Positions 25,343-34,977 of a stretch of DNA of 35,104 nt are shown here, piece after piece. The DNA is taken from contig JBFMEZ010000024.1 in NCBI GenBank assembly GCA_040753215.1, forward strand, positions 1 through 35,104. Direction: 5' to 3'. Source of the stretch: Candidatus Micrarchaeota archaeon (GTDB taxonomy: Archaea; Micrarchaeota; Micrarchaeia; Anstonellales; Bilamarchaeaceae). Position 1 is the stretch's first letter. Every line of letters starts with the position of its first letter. The notes beneath the pieces were generated by a model. The model had not been told where the DNA came from. It saw only the letters and a list, made by a program, of their open reading frames with translations, and made no database searches. The position numbers and the translations under genes are program-made.

Positions 25343-28165
25343 TCAGATTTTCTTCGCTTTTATCCTGACTTCCCTGCCGTCTATCTCCCAGCTCCTCTCC
25401 TTGTCAGGGAGCGGGCCGAACGAGAGCTCCTTTGCATTGGTCGCCCCGCCTATCTTCCCTTCATTCCGCTTCAGGATTTCCTCGAGCTCCTTCTCAGCGT
25501 CTATCTTCACGGAAATGCGGTCCTTCTCAACCAGGTTCATCTCCTTGCGCAGGAGCTGTATCCTGCGCACAACCTCGTTGCGCATAGCCTCTTCGTAGAG
25601 CTCTTCGTGCATCGCGGAATCTATGAAGATTTTGCCGAGAGGGATATCCGCCGATGGGAACTGCCTGTCCTCCTCCCCGGCCGATATGCTTTTTACGTTC
25701 AGGAGCCTGCAGAGCACCGGCGCGAGTGAATCCACCGCCTCCGCCAGCTCGTGGGAGGAGGTTTTCACGTATGCCTCTGAAAGCGGCCAGCGGAGCTTCA
25801 CGCCGCTCTTCTGCCTGAGTTCGAGGAAGGCGGGGAGGGTTGAGCGCGCAAGCTCGAATTTCTTCTCAAGCACGAGGTCTATGCGCGCCGCATCCCCGTC
25901 CGGGATAGGGAAAAGCGATACGCTTTCCTCCCCTTCCGCTTCCCTGAAGAACTCCTGGTATACGTATTCCGAAACAAAGGGGCATATGGGGGAGAGCGCC
26001 CTGAGCAGGGAGAAGACGGATTCATACAGGGCGGAAAGCGCGGCATCGCCTTCCCCCCTCGCAACCCTTTCCTTCGCAACCTTCATGTAGAACTTGCTTA
26101 CGTCCTCCACGAGGAATGCCCTCAGCGCCTTCACAGCCCTGCTCATCTCGTATTCCTGGAATGCGGAATTGTACTCCTTCAGCGCGGAGTGCAGCCTGGA
26201 GAGCAGCCACCTGTCCTCCACCGCTGGCTCGGCTGCGGATAATTTTCCCTGCGGGTGGAAGCGTGTGAGATAGACGTGGAGGTTCATAAGTATGTCCAGC
26301 GTGCCGTGGGCCTCGTTTATCTCCTTCCAGCTGAATTTCTGCTCCTCCCAGAGGGTGTTGGAAAGGCCCCAGAGGCGGAATGCGTCCGCCCCGCCCTTCT
26401 CCAGGATCTCCTCCAGCGGTATGAAATTGCCTACGGATTTGCTCATCTTGTCCCCGTGCTCGTCCACGAAGAAGCCGTGCATAACAACCCTCTTGTAGGG
26501 AGCGCGGTCCTCCTTCACAATGCCGGAGCCGAGGAGCGAGTAGAACCATCCCCTTATCTGGTCCTGCCCTTCCAGTATGGCATCGGCCTGGCCATAGACC
26601 TTCCTCTCCTCATCGGAAAGGGAAGCCCACACCGCATTCCCGGAATCGAACCACACGTCCAGCACGTCCTTCACGCGGCTCATCTTCCCGCCGCATTTGC
26701 CGCACGCGAACGTGTAGGAATCTATGTACGGGCGGTGCAGCTCCTTTATCCCCCTGAGCTCTGAAGCGTCGGCAAGCACCTTCACCTCCCCGCAGGATTC
26801 GCATTTCCATATCGGGAGCGGGATGCCCCAGTACCTCTGCCTGGAGATGCACCAGTCAGGCGCGTTGGCAACGAATTCCCTGAAGCGCGTCTGCGCAAAG
26901 TCCGGGTGCCACCGCGAGTTGTCTATCTCGGCAAGCATCTTGTCCTTCATCTTGGAGACTTCTATGAACCACTGGCTGGTCGTGAGGAATATGAGCGGCG
27001 TCTTGCACCTCCAGCAGTGGGGGTAGCGGTGCTTCACGCGCGATTCGTGCAGTAGGGCGCCGCGCTCATTCAGCAGCCCTATTATTTCCGGGTTCGCCGC
27101 GCGGACGTTCTTCCCCTTCAGCTGCCCCGCCTCTTCCGTATAGCAGCCCGCCCCGTCCGCGGGCGAGAAGGCCTCTATGCCGAACCGCTTCCCTATTATG
27201 AAGTCTTCGGGGCCGTGGCCCGGCGCGCAGTGCACAAGCCCGGAGCCCTCCTCAAGGGTCACGAACTCGTCGCTCAGGACCACCTTCCGGTCGTATTCCT
27301 TCGCGATGATGTCCTGGAACGGGTGCTCGTACTGCACCCCGTTCAGCTTCTTTCCTATGAATTCCTCGAGGGCCGTTCCGCTCAATCCGAGAAGATTGAG
27401 GAGGTGATCCATCCTATCCTTCGCGACTGTCCAGACCTCGTCCCCGACCTTTACGCGCACATAGTAGAGGTTCGGGTGCACCATCACCGCCATGTTGGAC
27501 ACCAGCGTCCATGGGGTGGTGGTCCATATCACCAGGAATTCGTTGTCCCTGCCCTTTATGCGGAACTTCACGAAGATGCTCGGGTCCGTCTCCTCCCCGT
27601 ACTCAAGCTCGTAGTTGGCCATCGTGGTCTCGCACCTGAAGCAGTACGGGAGCACGTACGCCCCTTCCTTGAGAAGGCCCTTCTCCTGCGCCCTCGCAAT
27701 CGTCGCCCAGGAGGCCTCTATATAGGAATCGCGGTAGGTTATGTACGGATTGCCCCAGTCCATCCATACCCCGAGCGACTGGAACTGGCCGCTCATCACC
27801 CCCATGTACTTTGTCGCGAATTCCCTGCAGTGCTCCACGAATTTCCCTATCCCCTTCTCCTCTATCTGCCGCTTGTTCTTTATGCCCATCTCCTTCTCCA
27901 CTCGCACCTCAATAGGCAGGCCGTGGGTGTCGTAGCCGGGCTGCACGCGCACGTTCCTGCCCTTCCCCCTCCAGTACCTGCACACCGCGTCCTTCGCGCA
28001 CTTGTTCCATCCGGTTCCGGGATGTATCTGGCCGGTCGCGTATGGGGGGCCGTCGCAGAAATAATAGTGCTCGCCTTTGGACCGGCGCTCCTTCACCTTT
28101 TCGTATATCTTCTCCTTCTCCCAGAAACGAAGAATCTCTGATTCCACTTTCCTGTGGTCGTACAT
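25343..28165 (-). CDS. ileS: Isoleucine--tRNA ligase
   Basis: DGPPYATGQIH, WTTTPWTL, DWCISRQRYWG, EGQDQIRGWF, KMSKS. Confidence 0.97.
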   Translation of the reverse strand: MYDHRKVESEILRFWEKEKIYEKVKERRSKGEHYYFCDGPPYATGQIHPGTGWNKCAKDAVCRYWRGKGRNVRVQPGYDTHGLPIEVRVEKEMGIKNKRQIEEKGIGKFVEHCREFATKYMGVMSGQFQSLGVWMDWGNPYITYRDSYIEASWATIARAQEKGLLKEGAYVLPYCFRCETTMANYELEYGEETDPSIFVKFRIKGRDNEFLVIWTTTPWTLVSNMAVMVHPNLYYVRVKVGDEVWTVAKDRMDHLLNLLGLSGTALEEFIGKKLNGVQYEHPFQDIIAKEYDRKVVLSDEFVTLEEGSGLVHCAPGHGPEDFIIGKRFGIEAFSPADGAGCYTEEAGQLKGKNVRAANPEIIGLLNERGALLHESRVKHRYPHCWRCKTPLIFLTTSQWFIEVSKMKDKMLAEIDNSRWHPDFAQTRFREFVANAPDWCISRQRYWGIPLPIWKCESCGEVKVLADASELRGIKELHRPYIDSYTFACGKCGGKMSRVKDVLDVWFDSGNAVWASLSDEERKVYGQADAILEGQDQIRGWFYSLLGSGIVKEDRAPYKRVVMHGFFVDEHGDKMSKSVGNFIPLEEILEKGGADAFRLWGLSNTLWEEQKFSWKEINEAHGTLDILMNLHVYLTRFHPQGKLSAAEPAVEDRWLLSRLHSALKEYNSAFQEYEMSRAVKALRAFLVEDVSKFYMKVAKERVARGEGDAALSALYESVFSLLRALSPICPFVSEYVYQEFFREAEGEESVSLFPIPDGDAARIDLVLEKKFELARSTLPAFLELRQKSGVKLRWPLSEAYVKTSSHELAEAVDSLAPVLCRLLNVKSISAGEEDRQFPSADIPLGKIFIDSAMHEELYEEAMRNEVVRRIQLLRKEMNLVEKDRISVKIDAEKELEEILKRNEGKIGGATNAKELSFGPLPDKERSWEIDGREVRIKAKKI

Positions 28166-28173
28166 GCATGCAC

Positions 28174-28521
28174 CTACGCGCTCTTTCTGAACAGGGAGGC
28201 CCTGAGCGGGCCCAGGAAGGAGAGCAGGAGGACCGCTGCGGCCGGGAATGCGAGCGTCGGGACTATCAGGAGCCCCAGCCCGGTCCTGACCGCAGAGATG
28301 AAGAGGGCTGCGAGAAGGAGGAGTGCCGCGTGCAGGGGCGTGAGCCCCACATCGCCGCCCTTCAGCGAAATGAGGTAGCCCAGGGCTGCTGAGGAGAGGA
28401 GCGCGAGGAACGAGTAGAGCGGCTGCTCACCGAGCCCGAAAAGGTTGAGGAACACCGCCGCAGCGGCAAAGAGGGCTGAAAGGAAAAGGGCGAAGAACGC
28501 CTCCCTCTGCTTGTCGTCCAT
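28174..28521 (-). CDS. Small membrane protein
   Basis: 4 TM-like segments; GGAGG upstream of the ATG. Confidence 0.7.
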   Translation of the reverse strand: MDDKQREAFFALFLSALFAAAAVFLNLFGLGEQPLYSFLALLSSAALGYLISLKGGDVGLTPLHAALLLLAALFISAVRTGLGLLIVPTLAFPAAAVLLLSFLGPLRASLFRKSA

Positions 28522-28530
28522 GGCCTCCAC

Positions 28531-29226
28531 TCAGAAAATCTTCTCTCCGACGTAAATCTTTATGCCGTCAGGGGTTATCTTGTACGGGACCTTGTCCCGC
28601 ACATGGTCGGTGCCCCTCATCTTGTAGACCTCCAGCGCCTTTATGCGGGTCTCCGCCTTGCCGAGGTTGTAGAGGTTTATTATGCCGTCCATCACATAAT
28701 GCTCTATCTCGAACCCGGAGGCGGCGAGGTCCTGCCCGGGCGCCTCCACGGTCATCATGGCCGTGCAGTCCAGGTTGCGCAGCAGGGAGAAGAACTCGAA
28801 AATCGTCTGCCTGTAGTCGCTCACGTCCTTGAAGGACATCCTTATCATGGTGGCGGAGTCCACCACCGCGCGCTTCACTTCGTTCTTGGAGATGCTCTCC
28901 TCCAGGACTTCCGCAACGGATTCTATCTCCAGCTTGTCCGGCTTCACGACGTCCAGGTTCCCCTTCTTCACCAGCTTGTCCATGTCCGTGAAGCCGGCGA
29001 ATGCGCTGGACATGTTGGAGAGGAAATCCTCCGGGGTTTCCTCAAGGGTTATGTACACTCCGTTCTCGCCCATCTGTGCCCCCCTGTAGAGGTATTCGAA
29101 GCAGAAGGAGGACTTCCCCGCGCCCGGGCCGCCGTAAACCGCTACGTGCCTCCTGAGAGGTATTCCGCCATTCAGTATCTCATCCAATCCGGAAATCCCG
29201 GTCTTTACCCTGTCCATAATCATCAC
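28531..29226 (-). CDS. KaiC/RAD55-family ATPase (single domain)
   Basis: [37 protein letters not shown]. Confidence 0.92.
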   Translation of the reverse strand: MMIMDRVKTGISGLDEILNGGIPLRRHVAVYGGPGAGKSSFCFEYLYRGAQMGENGVYITLEETPEDFLSNMSSAFAGFTDMDKLVKKGNLDVVKPDKLEIESVAEVLEESISKNEVKRAVVDSATMIRMSFKDVSDYRQTIFEFFSLLRNLDCTAMMTVEAPGQDLAASGFEIEHYVMDGIINLYNLGKAETRIKALEVYKMRGTDHVRDKVPYKITPDGIKIYVGEKIF

Positions 29227-29292
29227 TTTGGTGGCATATTCGGCTGGAAATGCTTTAAATACTACTTCTTACAAATGCTATTGGGTTTTTGG

Positions 29293-31581
29293 ATGGCTGA
29301 TGAACTTCTTCCCTGGACTGAAAAATACCGCCCGAAAAAGCTCAAGGATGTGGCCGGGCAGGAGAACAATATAAAGACGCTTGAGGCATTCGTGGAGAAG
29401 AAGGACATGCCGAACCTCCTTTTTGCGGGGCCTCCGGGCGTCGGGAAGACAACCGCTGCGCTTGCGCTTGCGCACGAATTGTACGGGAATGAGCTTGAAG
29501 GGAAATTAAGCGAGCTTAATGCGTCGGTTACTCCAGACACGCCCATACTGGTGAAGATTGGCGGAAAAATGAGGAGGACGACATTCGGCTGGCTCGCAGA
29601 CAAATACTTCGACGGTGATGAGACCAGAAAACCCGTCCGTGGGCTGGAAGTGCTCTCGCTGGATACCAAAAATTACAAGGCCGGTTTCTCGGAAGTGGGC
29701 TACATATTCAGGCACCGGGTTGAGAAAATAGTGGAGATAACATACGAGGGCGGGAAAGTAAAAACCAGCCTTAACCATTCGATTATGGTGCTTGATGAAG
29801 CCGGAAACGTTGTGAGTAAGATGGCTTCGGACATACAGAAAGGGGATTTGCTTATAACGTTCAAGAGTGAAATGGGAGGAGAACTGGCTGGTATTGACAT
29901 CAGTGCGTATAAGCCGCAGGAAACCATAAAACATGGGGGCGGCGCCAGCCCTAATCCGAAGGTCTACGCCTCATTCGACACTATAGAAGCAGACGATGAT
30001 TTGGCATGGTCGCTCGGATTGTACATGGCGGAAGGATGCACGTCTTTCCGCGGCGAAACTGCGGGGCAGGCGATATACACGCTAGGGTATCCAAATCCCA
30101 GGGATGCTAAACACGTTGAGCGCCTTCTTGGAAAACTCGGGCGTATAGGGGTAAGAGCCAGCACGGCGCTCCATTCATCCGGATTTGACAGGAGCAAAAT
30201 GAGTTCAATACAGGTAAGGGCGTGCAACACGCAGCTTGCAGGCTTTTTCTATGACAATTTCTACGGGGAAAGCAAAAACGGACATACAGCAAGGGAGAAG
30301 CGGGTTCCTGATTTCGTTTTCGAAATGCCCCTCGGGAGGCGCCTTGATTTCATAAAGGGGAATTGGAATGGGGATGGCGCTGGCGATTGGGATTCGGTCG
30401 CACGCATATGTTCGGTTTCCCAAGAGGGATTGGTGGATGTTGCGTGGCTTGGAAGAATTTCCGGACTGGAAACGAGCATATTCCCGCGAGAAGTACGCGC
30501 AATAAGAAAGAATGCTAGGTTTAGCTATGTCAAATCTGATCTGTTGCCTTCCTCGCTTTTCACCGCGCTTGCGAAAAAACTTCCCAAGAAGGCAAAATAC
30601 ATCATGAGGCATGCTCTTTATTCTAAAAAATCCAGCAGGGTCTTGAAGAAGACCGCAAGGCAGGTATTGGAGATTGCAGAACAGAATGGGGAGGATGTGA
30701 AAGAACTCAGGAAGCTTGTTGAGTCCGACCTCTATGTAGTCAAGGTAAAAGAGGCAAAGGCGGCGGATTATGACGATTACGTTTACGACGTGTCCGTGCC
30801 CGGGTCCCAGGTCTTTTGGGGAGGGACTACTCCGGTTCTGCTGCACAACAGCGACGAGCGCGGAATAGATGTGGTGAGGGGAAAGATAAAGGATTTCGCG
30901 AGGAGCGTTTCCCTCCGCGATGTGCCGTTCAAAATCGTATTCCTGGATGAGGCGGACGCGCTGACCCCGGAGGCGCAGCATGCACTGCGCAGGACTATGG
31001 AAATCTATTCCGGGCAGACGAGATTTATTCTAAGTTGCAACTATTCCAGCAAAATTATCGAGCCGATACAGAGCAGGTGCGCAATATTCCGCTTCGTTCC
31101 GCTTAAAGATGCGGATGTGCGCAAGATGCTTGAGAAGGTCGCGAGGCACGAGGGGCTGGATGCCGGGAAGGAGGCGCTGGACGCGATATTCTACGTTTCT
31201 GAAGGGGACATGAGGAGGGCGATAAACACCCTGCAGGGCGCTTCCATACATTCGAAAAAGATCACCCCGGAGCTCGTGTACAGGGTTTCGAGCAGGGCGA
31301 GGCCGAAGGAGATAAGGGAGATGATGGAGCTGGCCCTGAAGGGAGAGTTCACCAATGCGCGGGAGAAATTGAACGTATTGATGATTGAGCAGGGGCTTTC
31401 GGGCGAGGATGTGATGCTCCAGCTTTACCGGGAGGTGGTGGGGCTGGACATCCCGGAGAAGATGAAGGTGAAACTGGTGGACAGGATAGGGGAATACAAT
31501 TTCAGGCTGGTGGAGGGGGCGAACGAAAGGATACAGGTAGAAGCTTTATTGGCGCAGATGGGCGTGGTTGGGAAGGAGTAG
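29293..31581 (+). CDS. rfcS: Replication factor C small subunit (intein-containing)
   Basis: [35 protein letters not shown]. Confidence 0.96.
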   Translation: MADELLPWTEKYRPKKLKDVAGQENNIKTLEAFVEKKDMPNLLFAGPPGVGKTTAALALAHELYGNELEGKLSELNASVTPDTPILVKIGGKMRRTTFGWLADKYFDGDETRKPVRGLEVLSLDTKNYKAGFSEVGYIFRHRVEKIVEITYEGGKVKTSLNHSIMVLDEAGNVVSKMASDIQKGDLLITFKSEMGGELAGIDISAYKPQETIKHGGGASPNPKVYASFDTIEADDDLAWSLGLYMAEGCTSFRGETAGQAIYTLGYPNPRDAKHVERLLGKLGRIGVRASTALHSSGFDRSKMSSIQVRACNTQLAGFFYDNFYGESKNGHTAREKRVPDFVFEMPLGRRLDFIKGNWNGDGAGDWDSVARICSVSQEGLVDVAWLGRISGLETSIFPREVRAIRKNARFSYVKSDLLPSSLFTALAKKLPKKAKYIMRHALYSKKSSRVLKKTARQVLEIAEQNGEDVKELRKLVESDLYVVKVKEAKAADYDDYVYDVSVPGSQVFWGGTTPVLLHNSDERGIDVVRGKIKDFARSVSLRDVPFKIVFLDEADALTPEAQHALRRTMEIYSGQTRFILSCNYSSKIIEPIQSRCAIFRFVPLKDADVRKMLEKVARHEGLDAGKEALDAIFYVSEGDMRRAINTLQGASIHSKKITPELVYRVSSRARPKEIREMMELALKGEFTNAREKLNVLMIEQGLSGEDVMLQLYREVVGLDIPEKMKVKLVDRIGEYNFRLVEGANERIQVEALLAQMGVVGKE
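29524..30849 (+). mobile_element. Intein (442 aa) with LAGLIDADG homing endonuclease
   Basis: Begins SVTPDTPIL, ends [13 protein letters not shown] before extein Ser; LGLYMAEG and [10 protein letters not shown] motifs. Confidence 0.93.
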
Positions 31582-32142
31582 CTATTCCTTCTTTTCGGTT
31601 TCTGTGCTTCCCGCGGGCGGGAGATGGAACAGCTTCGTGCGTATTAAATCATACCATGCGCCCATGGCTCTGCCCATGAACGGCGACATTACTGTCACGG
31701 ATGTGCATGCGACGGCTATCTGTTTCAGGTTCGCGCCCGAAAGCGCGAGTATCCCTGCATAGAATGTTATCTGGCCCGTGATGAATGTGCCGAGGTCCAC
31801 GAAGAACTTCTTGAGCTGGCCTGAATCCGCCTTTGTTTTTGTAATTTTGTATATCCAGTCCCGATACATCCCATAAGGGCGGGAGAAAACGGCATTTGCC
31901 GGGATGGACATAAGCCGGGATTTGAGCGACTGTTCAAAGGTAAGCCCCGCTATGAGAAGCTCGTTCGCCATGCCGACGCCTATGGAGAAGGTGATGCCAG
32001 AAAAGGTATCGGAAACCACGGGTCTCCGCATATTGGCGACAAGGGGCTTCATCTTTCTGAAATCATTCCTCGTCTGCTCCCAATCGACCTTGAGCGAATC
32101 CCCTATGGAATAGCCCATTTTGCGGGCTTGCATGTAGTTCAT
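31582..32142 (-). CDS. alaE: L-alanine exporter AlaE-like membrane protein
   Basis: DTF..E..IAGLTFEQSLKSRL.SIPAN....PYGMYRD matches the AlaE/YgaW pattern as recalled. Confidence 0.75.
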   Translation of the reverse strand: MNYMQARKMGYSIGDSLKVDWEQTRNDFRKMKPLVANMRRPVVSDTFSGITFSIGVGMANELLIAGLTFEQSLKSRLMSIPANAVFSRPYGMYRDWIYKITKTKADSGQLKKFFVDLGTFITGQITFYAGILALSGANLKQIAVACTSVTVMSPFMGRAMGAWYDLIRTKLFHLPPAGSTETEKKE

Positions 32143-32234
32143 TTTATCTGTTGTAATATATGTGAATTAGTATATATAAATATTATGGAGCTCATATCGG
32201 CACGGTATTTATTCTTTCCTGCGCAGTTCTACGC

Positions 32235-32429
32235 ATGTCCGTTTACGAATGCCCCAAGTGCGGGAAGAAATACGAAGTGGACGATGAGTGCTGCAGCGAG
32301 AAGATGGAGAGGGAGGGCAACAAGCTCACGTGCGTTGTGTGCGGCGATGAGGTGGAGATCCCTTCCTGCTGCGGCGAGGAGATGGTTGAGGTATTGCCGG
32401 AAGAGGAGCAACAGACCGAAGAGGAATAG
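32235..32429 (+). CDS. Small metal-binding protein with two CxxC...CC (desulforedoxin-like) motifs
   Basis: YECPKCG..ECCSEKM..TCVVCG..SCCGEEM. Confidence 0.75.
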   Translation: MSVYECPKCGKKYEVDDECCSEKMEREGNKLTCVVCGDEVEIPSCCGEEMVEVLPEEEQQTEEE

Positions 32430-32455
32430 CTGGTTGCCGGGGAGCCGGATGCGGG

Positions 32456-32490
32456 GAAACCGGAAACCCGAAACCGGAAACGGGAAACCC
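32456..32490 (+). repeat. Heptamer tandem repeat (GAAACSS x5)
   Basis: GAAACCG GAAACCC GAAACCG GAAACGG GAAACCC. Confidence 0.9.
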
Positions 32491-32528
32491 CATCAGTGGA
32501 CAGGGAGAGCATTTAGATAAGAGTAGCT

Positions 32529-32603
32529 TGCTCCCACCGGGATTTGAACCCGGGCCGCTGGCTTGAAAGGCCAGTATCCTTGACCGGTCTAGACGATGGG
32601 AGC
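32529..32603 (-). tRNA. tRNA-Glu(UUC), intronless, CCA not encoded
   Basis: GCTCCCA/TGGGAGC acceptor stem, CTGGC-CTTTCAA-GCCAG anticodon arm, GGTTCAAATCC T-arm. Confidence 0.96.
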
Positions 32604-32662
32604 TGATGAGTTAGTAAATAACACCGGTATGGATTTTTATAGCTAACTTCCGATTTCTGCCC

Positions 32663-33133
32663 ATGGAAAAATTATACCGAATTCTTTACCCGATGAGGGT
32701 TGTGCTCATCACCTCAAAATACGGGGAGAAGGAGAACGTAATGACCGTGGCGTGGTGCTTCCCGCTCTCAATGGACCCTCCGTTGTTCGGGGTTTCAATA
32801 AGCAGGAAGAGGTATTCGCACGAATTGATTTCAAAGGGGAAGGCATTCGGGATAAACCTTGCGGACGGGAAAATGAAGGGAGATGTGCTGGGCGCGGGGC
32901 GCACAAGCGGAAAGGAAAGGGACAAGTTTGCGGAGCTTTGCATCGGGAAGGAATATGGAAAGCTCGGAATTCCTTTGCTGAAGGATTCGCCCGCGAGCAT
33001 TGAGTGCAGGCTCGTAAAGGAGATGGATTTGGGCGACCATGTGCTCTTTGTGGGCGAGGCGGTGAACGTGGTGAAGAGAAGGGAGGGGAAGGGGCTGTAT
33101 CATGAGGGCGGGGACGAGTTTGTCGAGGTTTGA
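32663..33133 (+). CDS. Flavin reductase-like (flavoredoxin) protein
   Basis: NVMTVAW, SMDPP, SGKERDKF, IECRL, GDHVLFVGE. Confidence 0.92.
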   Translation: MEKLYRILYPMRVVLITSKYGEKENVMTVAWCFPLSMDPPLFGVSISRKRYSHELISKGKAFGINLADGKMKGDVLGAGRTSGKERDKFAELCIGKEYGKLGIPLLKDSPASIECRLVKEMDLGDHVLFVGEAVNVVKRREGKGLYHEGGDEFVEV

Positions 33134-33136
33134 GCT

Positions 33137-33198
33137 ATTATTCATTTTATTGAACGATTATATTATAAATTATATGATTATTCATCCTATTGTATGAT
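33137..33198 (+). promoter_or_regulatory. Putative operator pair flanking the TATA box of the MNT-HEPN operon
   Basis: ATTATTCATTTTATTGAACGAT (33137) and ATTATTCATCCTATTGTATGAT (33177), 18/22 identical; TTATAAAT between them. Confidence 0.55.
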
Positions 33199-33754
33199 AA
33201 GCGAGTGGGAGAAATTTAAGGGCTGGGCTGTGCTGGAGCACTTCCTGCTTTTTCCGAATTCAAAAATACACATAAACGAGCTGCGGAGGAGGCTGAAGGT
33301 GGCGCCCGGCACTGCGAACCACTTCTGCAGCCTCTACCATGCGGAAGGCATGCTGGACAGGGAAGTTGTGGGCAATGCGCACTTATTTTCCCTCAACGAG
33401 AAGGATGCACGGGTGCAGGCGCTGAAGAAATTCATCGGCCCTTACCTCGTTTCGGATTCCATGTACCTGAAGCCATTTTTGGAGAAGAACAAAAACATCC
33501 TCTCCGTGGCGATATACGGCAGCTTCGCAACCGGAGAATATGGGGATAAAAGCGACCTGGATATTCTGGTATTGATTGCGGATGAGAAGCGGCCGGACAC
33601 TTCGGATCTCGCAAAGATAGAGTTGCGGCTGGGGAGGGAAATAGGAATAACTCCAATAAGCCTCGCAAAATGGGGGGAGATGGAGAGGAAGAAGGATAAT
33701 TTCTTCCTTTCGATAAAAAAGAAGAGCGTGCTTGCGTGGGGTAATCCGGTATGA
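33194..33754 (+). CDS. wHTH-minimal nucleotidyltransferase (MNT antitoxin)
   Basis: N-terminal HTH (IHINELRRRLKVAPGT); YGSFATGEYGDKSDLD = GSx10DxD. Confidence 0.9.
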   Translation: MISEWEKFKGWAVLEHFLLFPNSKIHINELRRRLKVAPGTANHFCSLYHAEGMLDREVVGNAHLFSLNEKDARVQALKKFIGPYLVSDSMYLKPFLEKNKNILSVAIYGSFATGEYGDKSDLDILVLIADEKRPDTSDLAKIELRLGREIGITPISLAKWGEMERKKDNFFLSIKKKSVLAWGNPV

Positions 33755-34371
33755 GCTACGAAGAGTGCTTTGAGAGGGGGCAGCTGAGGAAGGCGCAGAA
33801 CACAAGGGAGGAAACGCTCGAGCAGATCAGGATTGCGGAGAGCTATGCGAAAAAGGCCGAGAAGGTGAACCTCCACGGCCTAAAGGCCGTAGCTTCTTCG
33901 TAGATAAAAGGGCAAATGTATTCCTGCTGCCTTTAGAGGAAGCCTCGGCTCTCCTCCCCGGCATAAATGCCGAGGCTTCCTCACACCTTGTAGCCGCACC
34001 CAATGGCTAGGCAGACCTATCGCCGCCACGCAGGCGACTACAAGGTGTGACCGAGCCGTGGAGGTTCAGTGATGGATAAGGAGCTTTACGACATCTCCTT
34101 CCTTACCGCCTACATAAGCATATTCCACTCCGCGCGTGCGCTTCTTTACAATAAGGGCTACAAGGAGAGGAGCCCCTACTGCCTTTTCGAGTTCGTGAGG
34201 CAAGAGTTCAAAGTGAAGCCGGAGATGGTGCGGATGGCGGAGATTGGGCAGAATTACAGGGAGACGAGAAGGATGGTGCAGTATGAGGGTTCCCTCTGCT
34301 CCGAGAATGCGGCGAAGGAAGCGATATTGGACGCTAAGAAGTTCCTTGAGCTGGCGAAAAAGGAGATATGA
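33751..34371 (+). pseudogene. HEPN-domain protein interrupted by a 204-nt element
   Basis: Removing 33865-34068 restores MSYEECFERGQLRK..KAEKVMDKELYD..AYISIFHSARALLY..(138 aa); ATGA overlap with MNT; element supplies TAG at 33901. Confidence 0.9.
33865..34068 (-). mobile_element. 204-nt non-autonomous IS200/IS605-type element, copy 1
   Basis: Right-end hairpin GAAGCTACGGCCTTTAGGCCGTGGAGGTTCAC; inserted 3' of TCAC on the minus strand; 14-bp terminal IR. Confidence 0.9.
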
Positions 34372-34929
34372 CTATCTCTTCAGTGCGTGGACGAATTCCT
34401 TATGCACCTCATCCACGCCCTTGGACGCATCTATTATCGTCCAGTTGGGCGTCATGAACTTATCCTCGGCCAATTGGAGGAAGCGCTCCCGCACCCTCTC
34501 CAGGTATCCGGGGTTGCTCTCGTACCTGTCCGGCTCCTTCTGGCTTTTTTTGCGTTGCGCGGCAACGGATGCCGGGATGTCAAACAGGATTACCTTGTCC
34601 GGGGCAAAATAGCCGACCTTCTCAACTATTGATTTGGCGTCATAATAGGATATCCCCTCTATTTCGTATGCTATTGTGGAGAACACGTACCTGTCCACTA
34701 TCGTCATCCCGTTGGAATTCGCGATGCTGCGCTGCGTGTTCGCAATATCGGAGAGAAAAAGAAGGAAAAGGGCCTTGGGCTCGAGGAGGAGCTTCCCGTC
34801 CAGATAATCCCTCATGGTTGGGAAGGTCCTTGTGGGGTGCTTGAAATAGGAGAATTCCATTTCTTTCCTCAATAGCTCTATCTGGGTGTCCTTGCCAGAG
34901 CCGTCTATCCCCTCCACCACCACGAACAT
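34372..34929 (-). CDS. tmk: Thymidylate kinase
   Basis: VVEGIDGSGKDTQ, DRYVFSTIAY, PDKVILFD. Confidence 0.93.
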   Translation of the reverse strand: MFVVVEGIDGSGKDTQIELLRKEMEFSYFKHPTRTFPTMRDYLDGKLLLEPKALFLLFLSDIANTQRSIANSNGMTIVDRYVFSTIAYEIEGISYYDAKSIVEKVGYFAPDKVILFDIPASVAAQRKKSQKEPDRYESNPGYLERVRERFLQLAEDKFMTPNWTIIDASKGVDEVHKEFVHALKR

Positions 34930-34977
34930 GGGTGGCGTTTGGCAGATTAGGATTTTAAATGCCGCGCCTCTCGCCAC

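Noticed and set aside
28603..29292. N-terminal extension of the 992-aa RFC ORF, and other long antisense ORFs (e.g. 3431-4447, 12861-13790, 13836-14945, 27215-28141, 7000-7290)
   Set aside because: Shadow frames opposite well-supported genes in GC-rich DNA.
33865..34068. 204-nt insert as a spliceable intron (group I/IStron or BHB) rescuing HEPN
   Set aside because: No register of the GTGA junction gives both an exon-terminal U and an intron-terminal G, and the flanks do not form a bulge-helix-bulge.
33865..34072. GTGA as a 4-bp target-site duplication
   Set aside because: GTGA is also at the start of copy 2 and of the tnpB element end, so it belongs to the element and coincides with the target motif.
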